This document shows, piece after piece, positions 1 through 7,620 of a stretch of 20,000 nt of DNA (position 1 is its first letter; each line of letters opens with the position of its first letter). The DNA comes from an uncultured virus (IMG/VR IMGVR_UViG_3300020577_011735) (lineage: Duplodnaviria > Heunggongvirae > Uroviricota > Caudoviricetes): the IMG/VR virus record IMGVR_UViG_3300020577_011735. One strand, written 5' to 3'. Both the position numbers and the translations under genes were made by a program. The notes under the pieces were generated by a model, which did no database searches, was not told the origin of the DNA, and worked only from the letters and a program-made list of their open reading frames with translations.

Positions 1-185
1 TTTTTTCTTTCCTTAATTGTTTTTTCATTTGATATTGAATATAATTTTCGATATTCTTTAATTTTATCTTTATTACGTTTTGCATATTCCTTTTTGTATT
101 CTGATACACAAGATTTACAAACACAACCCTTTTTTGGAAAATCTACTATTTCTTTTTCAATTAAACACTTATTACATAATTTCAT
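1..185 (-). CDS. Partial (runs off the window) Zn-finger protein, N-terminus typical of HNH/EndoVII-type homing endonucleases
   Basis: Not in the ORF track. Manual translation from ATG at 185 gives MKLCNKCLIEKEIVDFPKKGCVCKSCVSEYKKEYAKRNKDKIKEYRK..., open to the window edge. CxxC...CxxC is followed by a basic helical Y/K/E-rich tract. TTAATATATA motif upstream at 206-215 (-). Confidence 0.65.
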   Translation of the reverse strand, partial: MKLCNKCLIEKEIVDFPKKGCVCKSCVSEYKKEYAKRNKDKIKEYRKLYSISNEKTIKERK

Positions 186-224
186 ATAATTTTTACCATT
201 TTATTTATATATTAAATATAAAAA

Positions 225-512
225 ATGAATTTGAAACAGATTTTACAACTGATGATGAATACTATGAAAAAATATGAAGACTATAAAGATCTTAAAGATG
301 TTAAGTGGACTAAATACAAAATTGTAGTTCCAACAGAAGAAGATAGGCAAGAGTTGATGAAAGCCTTTAAACACTTTCATTATTCTGATATTGATACAAA
401 CTATGTTGCTGTTAATCAACTCGCACATGAGTATTTAACAGAAGAAGACCTACAGGGAAATCATAATAATATTATAGTTGATAAAGAGCTATATGAAAAA
501 CTAAATAAATAA
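225..512 (+). CDS. Hypothetical protein
   Basis: 95-aa ORF with natural composition, 1 nt before the next gene; the true start may be a later ATG. Confidence 0.65.
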   Translation: MNLKQILQLMMNTMKKYEDYKDLKDVKWTKYKIVVPTEEDRQELMKAFKHFHYSDIDTNYVAVNQLAHEYLTEEDLQGNHNNIIVDKELYEKLNK

Positions 513-513
513 T

Positions 514-1359
514 ATGAACATTTGCGTTATAATATCCTCACATAGTCCATCAGTTTATACTAAGCTAACAATTGCTACTTTATTAAGAGTAGTTCAAAAT
601 AATCATGATCTAAATATTCATATTGGAGTTCATTCTAATTATGCCGACTACACATCTGATTTATCTTTATTTAAAGATTTAAAAGGAATTGCTCAAATAC
701 ATTGTGTTGATGAAATTGATTGGATGGCTAACGCTAGGAATAACTATCGATATTCATTGATGCATTCCAAAAATATGGAAAATTTATTGAAGAATATTCG
801 ATACTATGATTTTGACTATGTTGTAATACTAGATAATGACCTTTATATAAAATCCGATTTTATTTCATTATTAACTAATAATGAGATTGAACATGACTTA
901 ATTTATAATTATTTTGTTAAAGATGTTAACACAATTAACAATGAGAGAAGACCAACTGGTGAATATACCGCCACAGTTCAATTTGCTCCAAAAATAGCAT
1001 GCTGGAACTTAATGATATCTAGAAAACTATATGATAGAATCATGGAAGATACGACCATTATCTATCCAGATAGAGTTACAGATCAATCACAAATAGATTT
1101 TTATAAATCTTATATCCCACAATTTGATGGAACATATCCAATCGTATTTGACACTCTATCTAAGGTTTTATTTTACTCACAATACATTTGGAAAGATATC
1201 AAAACATTAGAAGTGGGTATTAACGAAATGTCAGAAATGATTAAACATTTCTTCTGTAGTTCATTTAATTATGGAATCGGAATAGTCAATAATACAGAGG
1301 GTGAAAGTAATGTTACAAACATATACAATTCTGAGTTTCCAAATGGTTTAATAAAATGA
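514..1359 (+). CDS. Putative GT-A fold glycosyltransferase
   Basis: N-terminal beta strand MNICVIISS and a DxD motif in FDYVVILDNDLYI at the expected position. Confidence 0.6.
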   Translation: MNICVIISSHSPSVYTKLTIATLLRVVQNNHDLNIHIGVHSNYADYTSDLSLFKDLKGIAQIHCVDEIDWMANARNNYRYSLMHSKNMENLLKNIRYYDFDYVVILDNDLYIKSDFISLLTNNEIEHDLIYNYFVKDVNTINNERRPTGEYTATVQFAPKIACWNLMISRKLYDRIMEDTTIIYPDRVTDQSQIDFYKSYIPQFDGTYPIVFDTLSKVLFYSQYIWKDIKTLEVGINEMSEMIKHFFCSSFNYGIGIVNNTEGESNVTNIYNSEFPNGLIK

Positions 1360-1601
1360 AATTTTTAAAAGATATTCCTTTACAGGAAGGGGACTATATA
1401 GTTTGTGTAACTAAATCATGGAGTAAATATACCTACGGGAAAAAATATAAAGTTAACAGTTATAAAATTCGAAGTAGTATTATTGTCGATGTTTTAGATG
1501 ATGATGGATATAGAAGTTTGCCATGTTATTATGGTGTAGATGATAACTATTTTATTACGCTGCCAGAGTGGAGGGAAATGCAAATAGGTCATGTGATATA
1601 A
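1356..1601 (+). CDS. Small SH3/KOW-like hypothetical protein, paralog of 10296..10541
   Basis: GDYIVCV...YTYGKKYKV pattern; 4-nt overlap with the upstream gene; degenerate C-terminal tag WREMQIGHVI. Confidence 0.65.
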   Translation: MKFLKDIPLQEGDYIVCVTKSWSKYTYGKKYKVNSYKIRSSIIVDVLDDDGYRSLPCYYGVDDNYFITLPEWREMQIGHVI

Positions 1602-1619
1602 TTTTAATATATTTGTAAT

Positions 1620-1964
1620 ATGGGTAAATCTAAGCTTGATAGGGCTAATAAATTTATAAAATCTCAGGGGTTTGAAAATAACGTGCTGAGGTTTATACCT
1701 GATATAAGCCACATTAAGGTTAAGCCGGATGAGAATAAAAGGGGCTATTTTATAACCATTGTGCAGGATATAATAGAAGCCACGGATATTATTGATTACT
1801 TTACTGATCGGTTTAACAAAAGATTTTCAAAAAAGAATGAAAAGAATAAAATAGTATTTGAAGGATATTCACAAGGTGATAACAAAGGAAAGAAAGTCTC
1901 TATTATAAGATTTTATTATAGAGCAAATTTATTTGAAAGAAAATTATTATTTAAATCATTTTAA
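1620..1964 (+). CDS. Hypothetical protein
   Basis: 114-aa ORF in a co-directional array; TATATTTG at 1608-1615 just upstream. Confidence 0.65.
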   Translation: MGKSKLDRANKFIKSQGFENNVLRFIPDISHIKVKPDENKRGYFITIVQDIIEATDIIDYFTDRFNKRFSKKNEKNKIVFEGYSQGDNKGKKVSIIRFYYRANLFERKLLFKSF

Positions 1965-1967
1965 GTT

Positions 1968-2393
1968 ATGAGATTATTTGGAAAAATAAACGATAAATTT
2001 TCGGAGGAAATTCATAATCCTTTAGGATTAGAAACAGTTGATGGAAAAATTCCAATTCCACCCAAGCCTATTTTATATGGCAATAAATTTAAAATAAAAA
2101 TTTCTACCAGTGATAAGGCATCATCAATGGCAAATGCTTTGCATAATATATCTATATTCGGTATTTATCGTATAAACGCGTCAACTGACATAGCAAATTT
2201 TATAGCCTATCATCTCAATAAAATGAGTAAACAATTTTATACTGAAACGCTAGAAAAACTAGCTGATGATTACAGTTGTTTACCTGAATTAGGAAATCAG
2301 GAGTATTGCACAATAAGCTTTGAACTAAATAAGCAACAAACTATAGAGTTTATGGAGTTAATTGAAAAAGCAAGTCAAGGGGTTTCTATTTAA
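1968..2393 (+). CDS. Hypothetical protein
   Basis: 141-aa ORF, 3 nt after the previous stop. Confidence 0.65.
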   Translation: MRLFGKINDKFSEEIHNPLGLETVDGKIPIPPKPILYGNKFKIKISTSDKASSMANALHNISIFGIYRINASTDIANFIAYHLNKMSKQFYTETLEKLADDYSCLPELGNQEYCTISFELNKQQTIEFMELIEKASQGVSI

Positions 2394-2435
2394 ATATTAT
2401 CCAAACATTTCTATCCTTATATCATATAAAACAAT

Positions 2436-2567
2436 ATGAATAGGGAAGAAAAATTAAAAAAATTAGAGAGCCTGAAAAGGAAAGCTACAGAGCTTAAGAA
2501 GGACGTTGATTACTACAACGCAATTCAGACAGCTTTGAAGTTGGTACTTAATGGTTCTTATGTTTAG
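2436..2567 (+). CDS. Family B DNA polymerase, fingers helix and first half of motif B (5' segment of the interrupted gene)
   Basis: Below the ORF-track cutoff. Manual translation gives MNREEKLKKLESLKRKATELKKDVDYYNAIQTALKLVLNGSYV* (43 aa). QxAxKxxxNxxY is PolB motif B up to the conserved Tyr. Confidence 0.9.
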   Translation: MNREEKLKKLESLKRKATELKKDVDYYNAIQTALKLVLNGSYV

Positions 2568-2601
2568 TCCCCTTGCTGAAAGGTGAGGGGACAAAATGAA
2601 A
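2562..2601 (+). other. 40-nt intervening element (stop codon plus GNRA hairpin) splitting PolB motif B
   Basis: GTTTAGTCCCCTTGCTGAAAGGTGAGGGGACAAAATGAAA. Stem 2567-2577 pairs with 2582-2592 around a GAAA loop. Deleting it joins TAT(Y) to GGA(G) in frame. The boundary is ambiguous by 1 nt (2563..2602 is equivalent). Confidence 0.85.
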
Positions 2602-3891
2602 GGAGCATTCGCAACACAGTATTTCATACTGTTTAATGAACACGTAGCTGGTACTATTACCGCTCAGGGTCGTGACCTAACACAAACAATGCATCATGTG
2701 AATGAGGACTATTGGTATAATCAGTGGCACCTTGATACAGAATTGCATAAGAATCTCTGTGTTAAGAATGTGACACAGATATCTAAAGATGAAGGAGTTT
2801 CTATCTATGCGGATACTGACTCTCTATTCGTCTCTTTTAAGCCTGCAATTGATCACTCTGATTGGAAGAATTTAATCTTCAACAATATAAATGGTCTCAA
2901 AGATAGTTTTGTTGTATTGGAACATGCACACACAACCAAGATAGACAATGCAAATTGTCTAGGCACAGTTAATAATGTCAATGATTTAAAATCATTCTTA
3001 GAGTCAAATAATCCTAAAATAATTGTAATTGATGGTTATTATGTTAAGAATAGAGATTTAAAAAATGTAGATTTAAAAGATAAGAGAATTTTATGGAACT
3101 GGTCTAACGAACTAGATTATATACACGGAATTGACCATTTTAGATATGGTGGTTACTTTAAAAAGCAACTAGAAGAGTACGCTGATAAGTATGGTGTAGA
3201 AAATAAGGAAGACTTTGAATTAGAAAGAATATCAGAATCAATCATTAATATTGCTAAAAAGAAATATATTCAACATATTGTATATGAAGATGGTATTCCT
3301 TATGATAGATTAACCTATATGTATCCGAAAGGTGTTGAGCTCGTTAGATCGTCTACACCTTTGTTTGCAAGAGATAAGATTGTAGGAATTATCAAATATC
3401 TATTTAGTAATCCAGAAACCTTTAATATAAAAGAATTGTTGAAATTGGTTAAGGGATTAAGAAAAGAGTTTGATCTTTGTGTTCCTGATAAAATTGATGA
3501 AATAGCAATGCAATCATCCTGTTCTAATTATGAAGAAAAAGTATTGAACGATAAGAATAAATTAGAGTTTGTTAGTGGCGCTCACTTTGCAGTAAAAGCA
3601 AGTGCTTACTATAACTACCTTCTACATAAGAACGTTTCATTACATGAGAAGTATGAGTATATAAAATCTGGTACTAAAATTAAATATTATTATTGTAAAA
3701 ATAAATCAGTTAATGATATTTTTGCGTATATTCGTGGAACATATCCAGTTGAAATGGCACCAGATATTGATTTAGATGTTCAGTTTGAGAAATCAATTTT
3801 ATCACCAATAAATTCGATCATTGCACCATTAGGATTACCAGAAATAAATAAGAGATTGAGTGTTGTAATGGACATATTTGGTGGGGAATAA
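2596..3891 (+). CDS. polB: Family B DNA polymerase, C-terminal part (end of motif B, palm motif C, thumb); T4 gp43-like
   Basis: GAFATQYF...ITAQGR (after motif B), YADTDS (motif C), AKKKY, KGVELVRSSTP, and thumb motifs KIKYYY and IDLDVQFEK. No exonuclease domain or motif A is present in the window. Confidence 0.93.
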   Translation: MKGAFATQYFILFNEHVAGTITAQGRDLTQTMHHVNEDYWYNQWHLDTELHKNLCVKNVTQISKDEGVSIYADTDSLFVSFKPAIDHSDWKNLIFNNINGLKDSFVVLEHAHTTKIDNANCLGTVNNVNDLKSFLESNNPKIIVIDGYYVKNRDLKNVDLKDKRILWNWSNELDYIHGIDHFRYGGYFKKQLEEYADKYGVENKEDFELERISESIINIAKKKYIQHIVYEDGIPYDRLTYMYPKGVELVRSSTPLFARDKIVGIIKYLFSNPETFNIKELLKLVKGLRKEFDLCVPDKIDEIAMQSSCSNYEEKVLNDKNKLEFVSGAHFAVKASAYYNYLLHKNVSLHEKYEYIKSGTKIKYYYCKNKSVNDIFAYIRGTYPVEMAPDIDLDVQFEKSILSPINSIIAPLGLPEINKRLSVVMDIFGGE

Positions 3892-3910
3892 TTTAATATA
3901 AAAATCTATA

Positions 3911-4381
3911 ATGAGGAAAAATACATATAAAATACCAGCGATTGGATCTTGTGAGGTGTGTAAAAAAAAGAATGTTAATTTAACAAGAACATATTTTCAT
4001 TACGATAATGTAAAATGCTCTTGTCATTCGCCGAATCACTTTATAGTAATTGATCATTGTGATACTTGTGTTCCGGTAGAGCCAGCTGAGACAAAAATTC
4101 ATATTAAAACAAAAGATTTAGATAGCCCAATTGATAAGCTATCTATATCATTGCGTGATGATGAGGGTTATTATATATCATGGAAATCAAATATTGCTAT
4201 GGCTTTCTATGATGTTTTTATAAATAAATCTAATATTTCAAATCAAGAAATTCACAAATTATCAAATCAAGCTGCTGATAATTTTTTACAATTATTAATT
4301 TATCCTGAATCAGCGGCATCACATAGAAATAAAAAAATTGAAAAAATAATAGGTGTTGAATATATTGAATTAAAAAAATAA
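3911..4381 (+). CDS. Hypothetical protein with N-terminal Cys/His-rich Zn-binding region
   Basis: CEVC...CSCH...HCDTC; C-terminal RNKKIEKII tag. Confidence 0.7.
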   Translation: MRKNTYKIPAIGSCEVCKKKNVNLTRTYFHYDNVKCSCHSPNHFIVIDHCDTCVPVEPAETKIHIKTKDLDSPIDKLSISLRDDEGYYISWKSNIAMAFYDVFINKSNISNQEIHKLSNQAADNFLQLLIYPESAASHRNKKIEKIIGVEYIELKK

Positions 4382-4437
4382 AAAATGGAATACAGATATT
4401 TCAATAAAAATAGAAAGGAGAATTAAAATTTTAAATA

Positions 4438-4896
4438 ATGATAAGTAAAGTAATAATAGAAAATGAATTCTTTGATGAATTAGTTGAAGTTGCAAGAAAA
4501 TCAACTTGCCACCGATCTAAATGTGGATCTATAATCGTTAAAGATGGTAAAATAATTGGTGCTGGATATAACTCACAACCTTGTAATGTCGAGGGTGAGT
4601 GCTTTAAAGATTTTTTACCTAGTGAATTTAAGAGTGATAAGACTTGTTGCATTCATGCTGAACAGCGGGCTATCTTTGATGCACTTAAAAGAAATGGAAA
4701 TATGTTAGAGGGTAGTATATTGTTCTTTATTCGGTTAGATGAGAATGATAATCCAAAGAGATCTGGTGATCCATATTGTACAATATGTAGTAAATCAGCT
4801 TTGGATGTTGGCATAAGTAAATTTTGCTTATGGCATCAATCTGGATGGACAGCATATGAAACCGAATATTATAATAAATTATCCTTTAAATTATGA
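4438..4896 (+). CDS. dCMP deaminase / cytidine deaminase family protein
   Basis: KSTC..SKCGSIIVKDGKIIGAGYN, HAEQRA (HxE) and PYCTIC (CxxC) zinc-binding motifs. Confidence 0.9.
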   Translation: MISKVIIENEFFDELVEVARKSTCHRSKCGSIIVKDGKIIGAGYNSQPCNVEGECFKDFLPSEFKSDKTCCIHAEQRAIFDALKRNGNMLEGSILFFIRLDENDNPKRSGDPYCTICSKSALDVGISKFCLWHQSGWTAYETEYYNKLSFKL

Positions 4897-5051
4897 ATGT
4901 GGGTAAGATAATTAAAGAAATTAAAATTAAAAGATACAATCTTCAAAAGATGTATGAGTTCCATGAATTTTTGGCCTTAAACTTGCCACAAAAAGATAAA
5001 AAAAGTTTAAGAAATAAAAATAAAAAAATTGAAAATAAAAAAAATAATTAA
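4893..5051 (+). CDS. Small basic hypothetical protein (52 aa)
   Basis: Manual translation MNVGKIIKEIKIKRYNLQKMYEFHEFLALN...; ATGA overlap with the deaminase stop. Confidence 0.55.
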   Translation: MNVGKIIKEIKIKRYNLQKMYEFHEFLALNLPQKDKKSLRNKNKKIENKKNN

Positions 5052-5184
5052 ACAAATTAGAATTAAAAGGAATCTACTTAAGAATAGGAAAGATTATGCT
5101 AATTTTTTATATTCAATTGTTAATGAAGATGGATCCCCACGTTTTTCTATTGACTATTTAAAAAAAATTATCAATGCAAAGTAG
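5029..5184 (+). CDS. Small basic hypothetical protein (51 aa, TTG start), probable paralog of 4893..5051
   Basis: Manual translation MKIKKIIKQIRIKRNLLKNRKDYANFLYS...; shares KIIKxIxIKR with the preceding ORF and fills the gap. Confidence 0.5.
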   Translation: MKIKKIIKQIRIKRNLLKNRKDYANFLYSIVNEDGSPRFSIDYLKKIINAK

Positions 5185-5416
5185 ATACTTCGATACCTTT
5201 TCTGAAGCTGAAAATTATTTTAATGAAGTTAAAGAACATAGTAAATATGTATGTTTTTTATATAGTCATCATGCATATTCAGAAGGATATTGGATTGAGT
5301 TTGAAAATCCAACCAATTTATTTGGTACAATAATAAATATTCACGATATTGTAGATATTAGGGATGAAAAAATAAGAGAAATATTAAATGAAAAAGAGAA
5401 AGATATTAGTATTTAG
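5174..5416 (+). CDS. Hypothetical protein
   Basis: 80-aa ORF with the RDEKIREIL tag near the C-terminus. Confidence 0.7.
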   Translation: MQSRYFDTFSEAENYFNEVKEHSKYVCFLYSHHAYSEGYWIEFENPTNLFGTIINIHDIVDIRDEKIREILNEKEKDISI

Positions 5417-6107
5417 CGGAGCTGGTGTTTCCGCTGAAAGTGGAGTGAAAACATTTAGGGATCACGGTGGACTATGGGATAATTTCAAAGTAGAAGATGT
5501 TGCAACAATTGATGCTTGGAATGCAAACCCTCAACCAGTTATAGATTTTTATAACTTTAGAAGAAAGGAATTAAATGGAGTTTCTCCTAATCAAGCTCAC
5601 TACACTATTGCTGAGTTGGAAAAGGATTTTGATGTTACTGTATCAACACAAAATGTTGATGATTTGCATGAAAGAGCTGGTTCAAGCAATGTAATACATC
5701 TACATGGTGAATTAACCAAACTTAAAAGTGAAACAGATGACACTATCCTAAAATCATTTGATATTGATTTGAAGTTAGGAGACTTGGCACCAGATGGTGG
5801 TCAATGGAGACCTGATATTGTTTGGTTTGGTGAAGATTTAGATTTTATGAGAATGCATAATACTAAAGTTGCTGCTCAAGAATGTGATGTCTGTATTATT
5901 GTAGGTACTTCTATGAAAGTATCTCCTGCAAATGGAATTCCTTGGCAGACAAAAGAAACGACAATTATTTACTATGTTGATCCAGGTGATATGGATTTCT
6001 ATGTTCCTGAATATAGGAGAGGATTTTTCTATCACATACAAAAGCCTGCGACTGAAGGCATGAAAGAGGTTATGGATGATTTAAAAGAAATTTATCTTAA
6101 TCAATAA
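5388..6107 (+). CDS. cobB: Sir2/CobB-family NAD-dependent protein deacylase
   Basis: GAGVSAESGVKTFRD, PNQAH, TQNVDDLHERAG, HLHG, RPDIVWFGE and VGTS motifs. The Zn-ribbon cysteines are absent. Confidence 0.95.
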   Translation: MKKRKILVFSGAGVSAESGVKTFRDHGGLWDNFKVEDVATIDAWNANPQPVIDFYNFRRKELNGVSPNQAHYTIAELEKDFDVTVSTQNVDDLHERAGSSNVIHLHGELTKLKSETDDTILKSFDIDLKLGDLAPDGGQWRPDIVWFGEDLDFMRMHNTKVAAQECDVCIIVGTSMKVSPANGIPWQTKETTIIYYVDPGDMDFYVPEYRRGFFYHIQKPATEGMKEVMDDLKEIYLNQ

Positions 6108-6852
6108 TATTTGATTTTGGTGCAATAAAATAGGAAGGAAACACTGTTATTCCCTTACTTCGGAATACCTTTGTTTCCTTTTCATTTGTCACAATTAAGT
6201 AATCAGTTTTTAATTCTTTTAAGACCCCATCACAAAATATAATATAACTGGTTGGGTCCTTTTGATATGTCTCCATTTTAAATAATGGTTTTACTTGTAT
6301 AGTAAATCTTTTTCCTCTGTGCATAAAAGTTCCATCTATACCCCCATAGATATCTTCTTTTAGAGATGGATCTTCTATTATAACATCTATTCCTTTCTTA
6401 GCAGCTACCTCTCTAAATACTTTAAATGCATTATTTTCGAATTTCTTTCCTTTTTTAGAAGTACTAGATAATAAACCATATACATATCTGAAATATTTTC
6501 CATTATGGTTAAATAAATCAAAGGTATTATTCTTAACAAAATTAAAGAGTTCAGCTTTATTATTAACACCAGATACAATTTCTTTATTTGGATCTGATAT
6601 AATTTTTTTAAGTAGTGTTCTATTATTAACAGCTTTTGATAGGTATTCTGGGTTAATAGTTATTCCATCGACTATAAATGGTTCTCCATTTTTGTTTTTA
6701 TCTAAATTGTAAAATTGCTTTAAAGCATCAGCAATAATTTTGCACATTTCCATTCTTTCATTATTAGTTAAAACAATTCCTTTTGGCAAAGCCAAATTAT
6801 CGTGCCCAGCTGAATGACGGATATGTCCAGCATATTCTAATATAAACTTCAT
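6097..6852 (-). CDS. Hypothetical protein with a PD-(D/E)XK nuclease-like C-terminal motif
   Basis: GKKFENNA...EDIYGGIDGTF...TIQVKP resembles the E...D...QxK catalytic pattern. TTAATATATA lies directly upstream. Confidence 0.55.
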   Translation of the reverse strand: MKFILEYAGHIRHSAGHDNLALPKGIVLTNNERMEMCKIIADALKQFYNLDKNKNGEPFIVDGITINPEYLSKAVNNRTLLKKIISDPNKEIVSGVNNKAELFNFVKNNTFDLFNHNGKYFRYVYGLLSSTSKKGKKFENNAFKVFREVAAKKGIDVIIEDPSLKEDIYGGIDGTFMHRGKRFTIQVKPLFKMETYQKDPTSYIIFCDGVLKELKTDYLIVTNEKETKVFRSKGITVFPSYFIAPKSNIID

Positions 6853-6857
6853 GAATG

Positions 6858-6867
6858 TATATATTAA
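6858..6867 (-). promoter_or_regulatory. TTAATATATA putative phage (late) promoter motif
   Basis: Exact 10-mer 5 nt upstream of ATG 6852. The same 10-mer precedes genes at 206-215(-), 7586-7595(+), 12404-12413(+), 16150-16159(-) and 16945-16954(+). Confidence 0.55.
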
Positions 6868-6885
6868 AAATCAATATATAAATTC

Positions 6886-7143
6886 ATGAATAGTATTAAA
6901 GAACATTACTTATACCCAATGTATTTACAATATCTTGAGAAAAAGAGAATGTCTAAAGGAGCCTTAGAATTAAGTAAAATATGTGAAGAAGCGTTCTTTG
7001 AATTTAAATATATGTATGATAGTGATGATAAGTTTAGAAATAATCAGGAACAAATATATAAATCAATCGTTAGAGAAGATAAAATAAATGCTATTTTAGA
7101 TGATGAACCTAACAGAAACCTCAAATCCGGAAGACCGGCTTAA
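6886..7143 (+). CDS. Hypothetical protein
   Basis: 85-aa ORF with the REDKINAIL tag; TCAATATATA variant motif at 6871-6880. Confidence 0.7.
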   Translation: MNSIKEHYLYPMYLQYLEKKRMSKGALELSKICEEAFFEFKYMYDSDDKFRNNQEQIYKSIVREDKINAILDDEPNRNLKSGRPA

Positions 7144-7558
7144 TTTAATTTTGGACAAAATATCCCAAAATGGAATAAAAAAACTCAATAAAGAAGAAAC
7201 GATTTTTCTAGAATCTTATTCATTAGGAAAGGAAGAAGATGTGCATAAGAAATTATCAGATGAGGAAAGTAACAGAACTTTTTTATCTGATGATGGTAAT
7301 TTTATATTTAAACTAGATAATGTAGAATATATTGATGATGTTCAATATATCAATGGAACATTAATTGTACCTGATCTAATTCTTAAGAATAAGAAAAGAG
7401 TTAAAGGTGAATTAAAAGGTAGCATTATTGTTTTTTCTGATAGTCATATAGCAGTAGATTTTCATAGAGGTAGGTATGATATTTTTGAATTTGTTGATGG
7501 ATTGGAGTATGAATTAGATTGTTTTGTTGATGATTTAGTATATAAAATAGAAGGATAA
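7100..7558 (+). CDS. Hypothetical protein with an N-terminal DUF6576-like helical motif
   Basis: LNLILDKISQNGIKKLNKEETIFL resembles the ILDKIxxxGxxxLxxxExxFL motif. Confidence 0.65.
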   Translation: MMNLTETSNPEDRLNLILDKISQNGIKKLNKEETIFLESYSLGKEEDVHKKLSDEESNRTFLSDDGNFIFKLDNVEYIDDVQYINGTLIVPDLILKNKKRVKGELKGSIIVFSDSHIAVDFHRGRYDIFEFVDGLEYELDCFVDDLVYKIEG

Positions 7559-7585
7559 TAAATGAAAAAAAGTGAGGATTAAAAT

Positions 7586-7595
7586 TTAATATATA
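7586..7595 (+). promoter_or_regulatory. TTAATATATA putative phage (late) promoter motif
   Basis: Exact match in the intergenic region upstream of 7621. Confidence 0.55.
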
Positions 7596-7620
7596 ACTAA
7601 AATAAAAATTATTTTCAATC

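Noticed and set aside
80..277. Plus-strand ORF 80..277 and other short overlapping ORFs (243..428, 1494..1712, 4431..4652, 5838..6041, 7425..7622, 12244..12447, 17052..17252, 17441..17623, 19603..19785)
   Set aside because: They overlap better-supported genes on the opposite strand and have no recognisable motifs.
2565..2579. Alternative genetic code (TAG reassigned) as an explanation for the polymerase interruption
   Set aside because: Readthrough meets TGA at 2577-2579 and is out of frame with the downstream ORF. All other genes are intact in the standard code, and TAG serves as a normal stop at 8686-8688.
2567..2592. Hairpin as an intrinsic terminator
   Set aside because: It is followed by AAAA on the plus strand. 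On the minus strand the G-U pairs become A-C mismatches and no U-tract follows.
2562..2602. The insert resembles a CRISPR repeat (starts GTTT, hairpin, ends ATGAAAG)
   Set aside because: It is a single copy with no spacers or cas genes in the window, so it is not called as CRISPR. The resemblance may still merit a repeat-database search.
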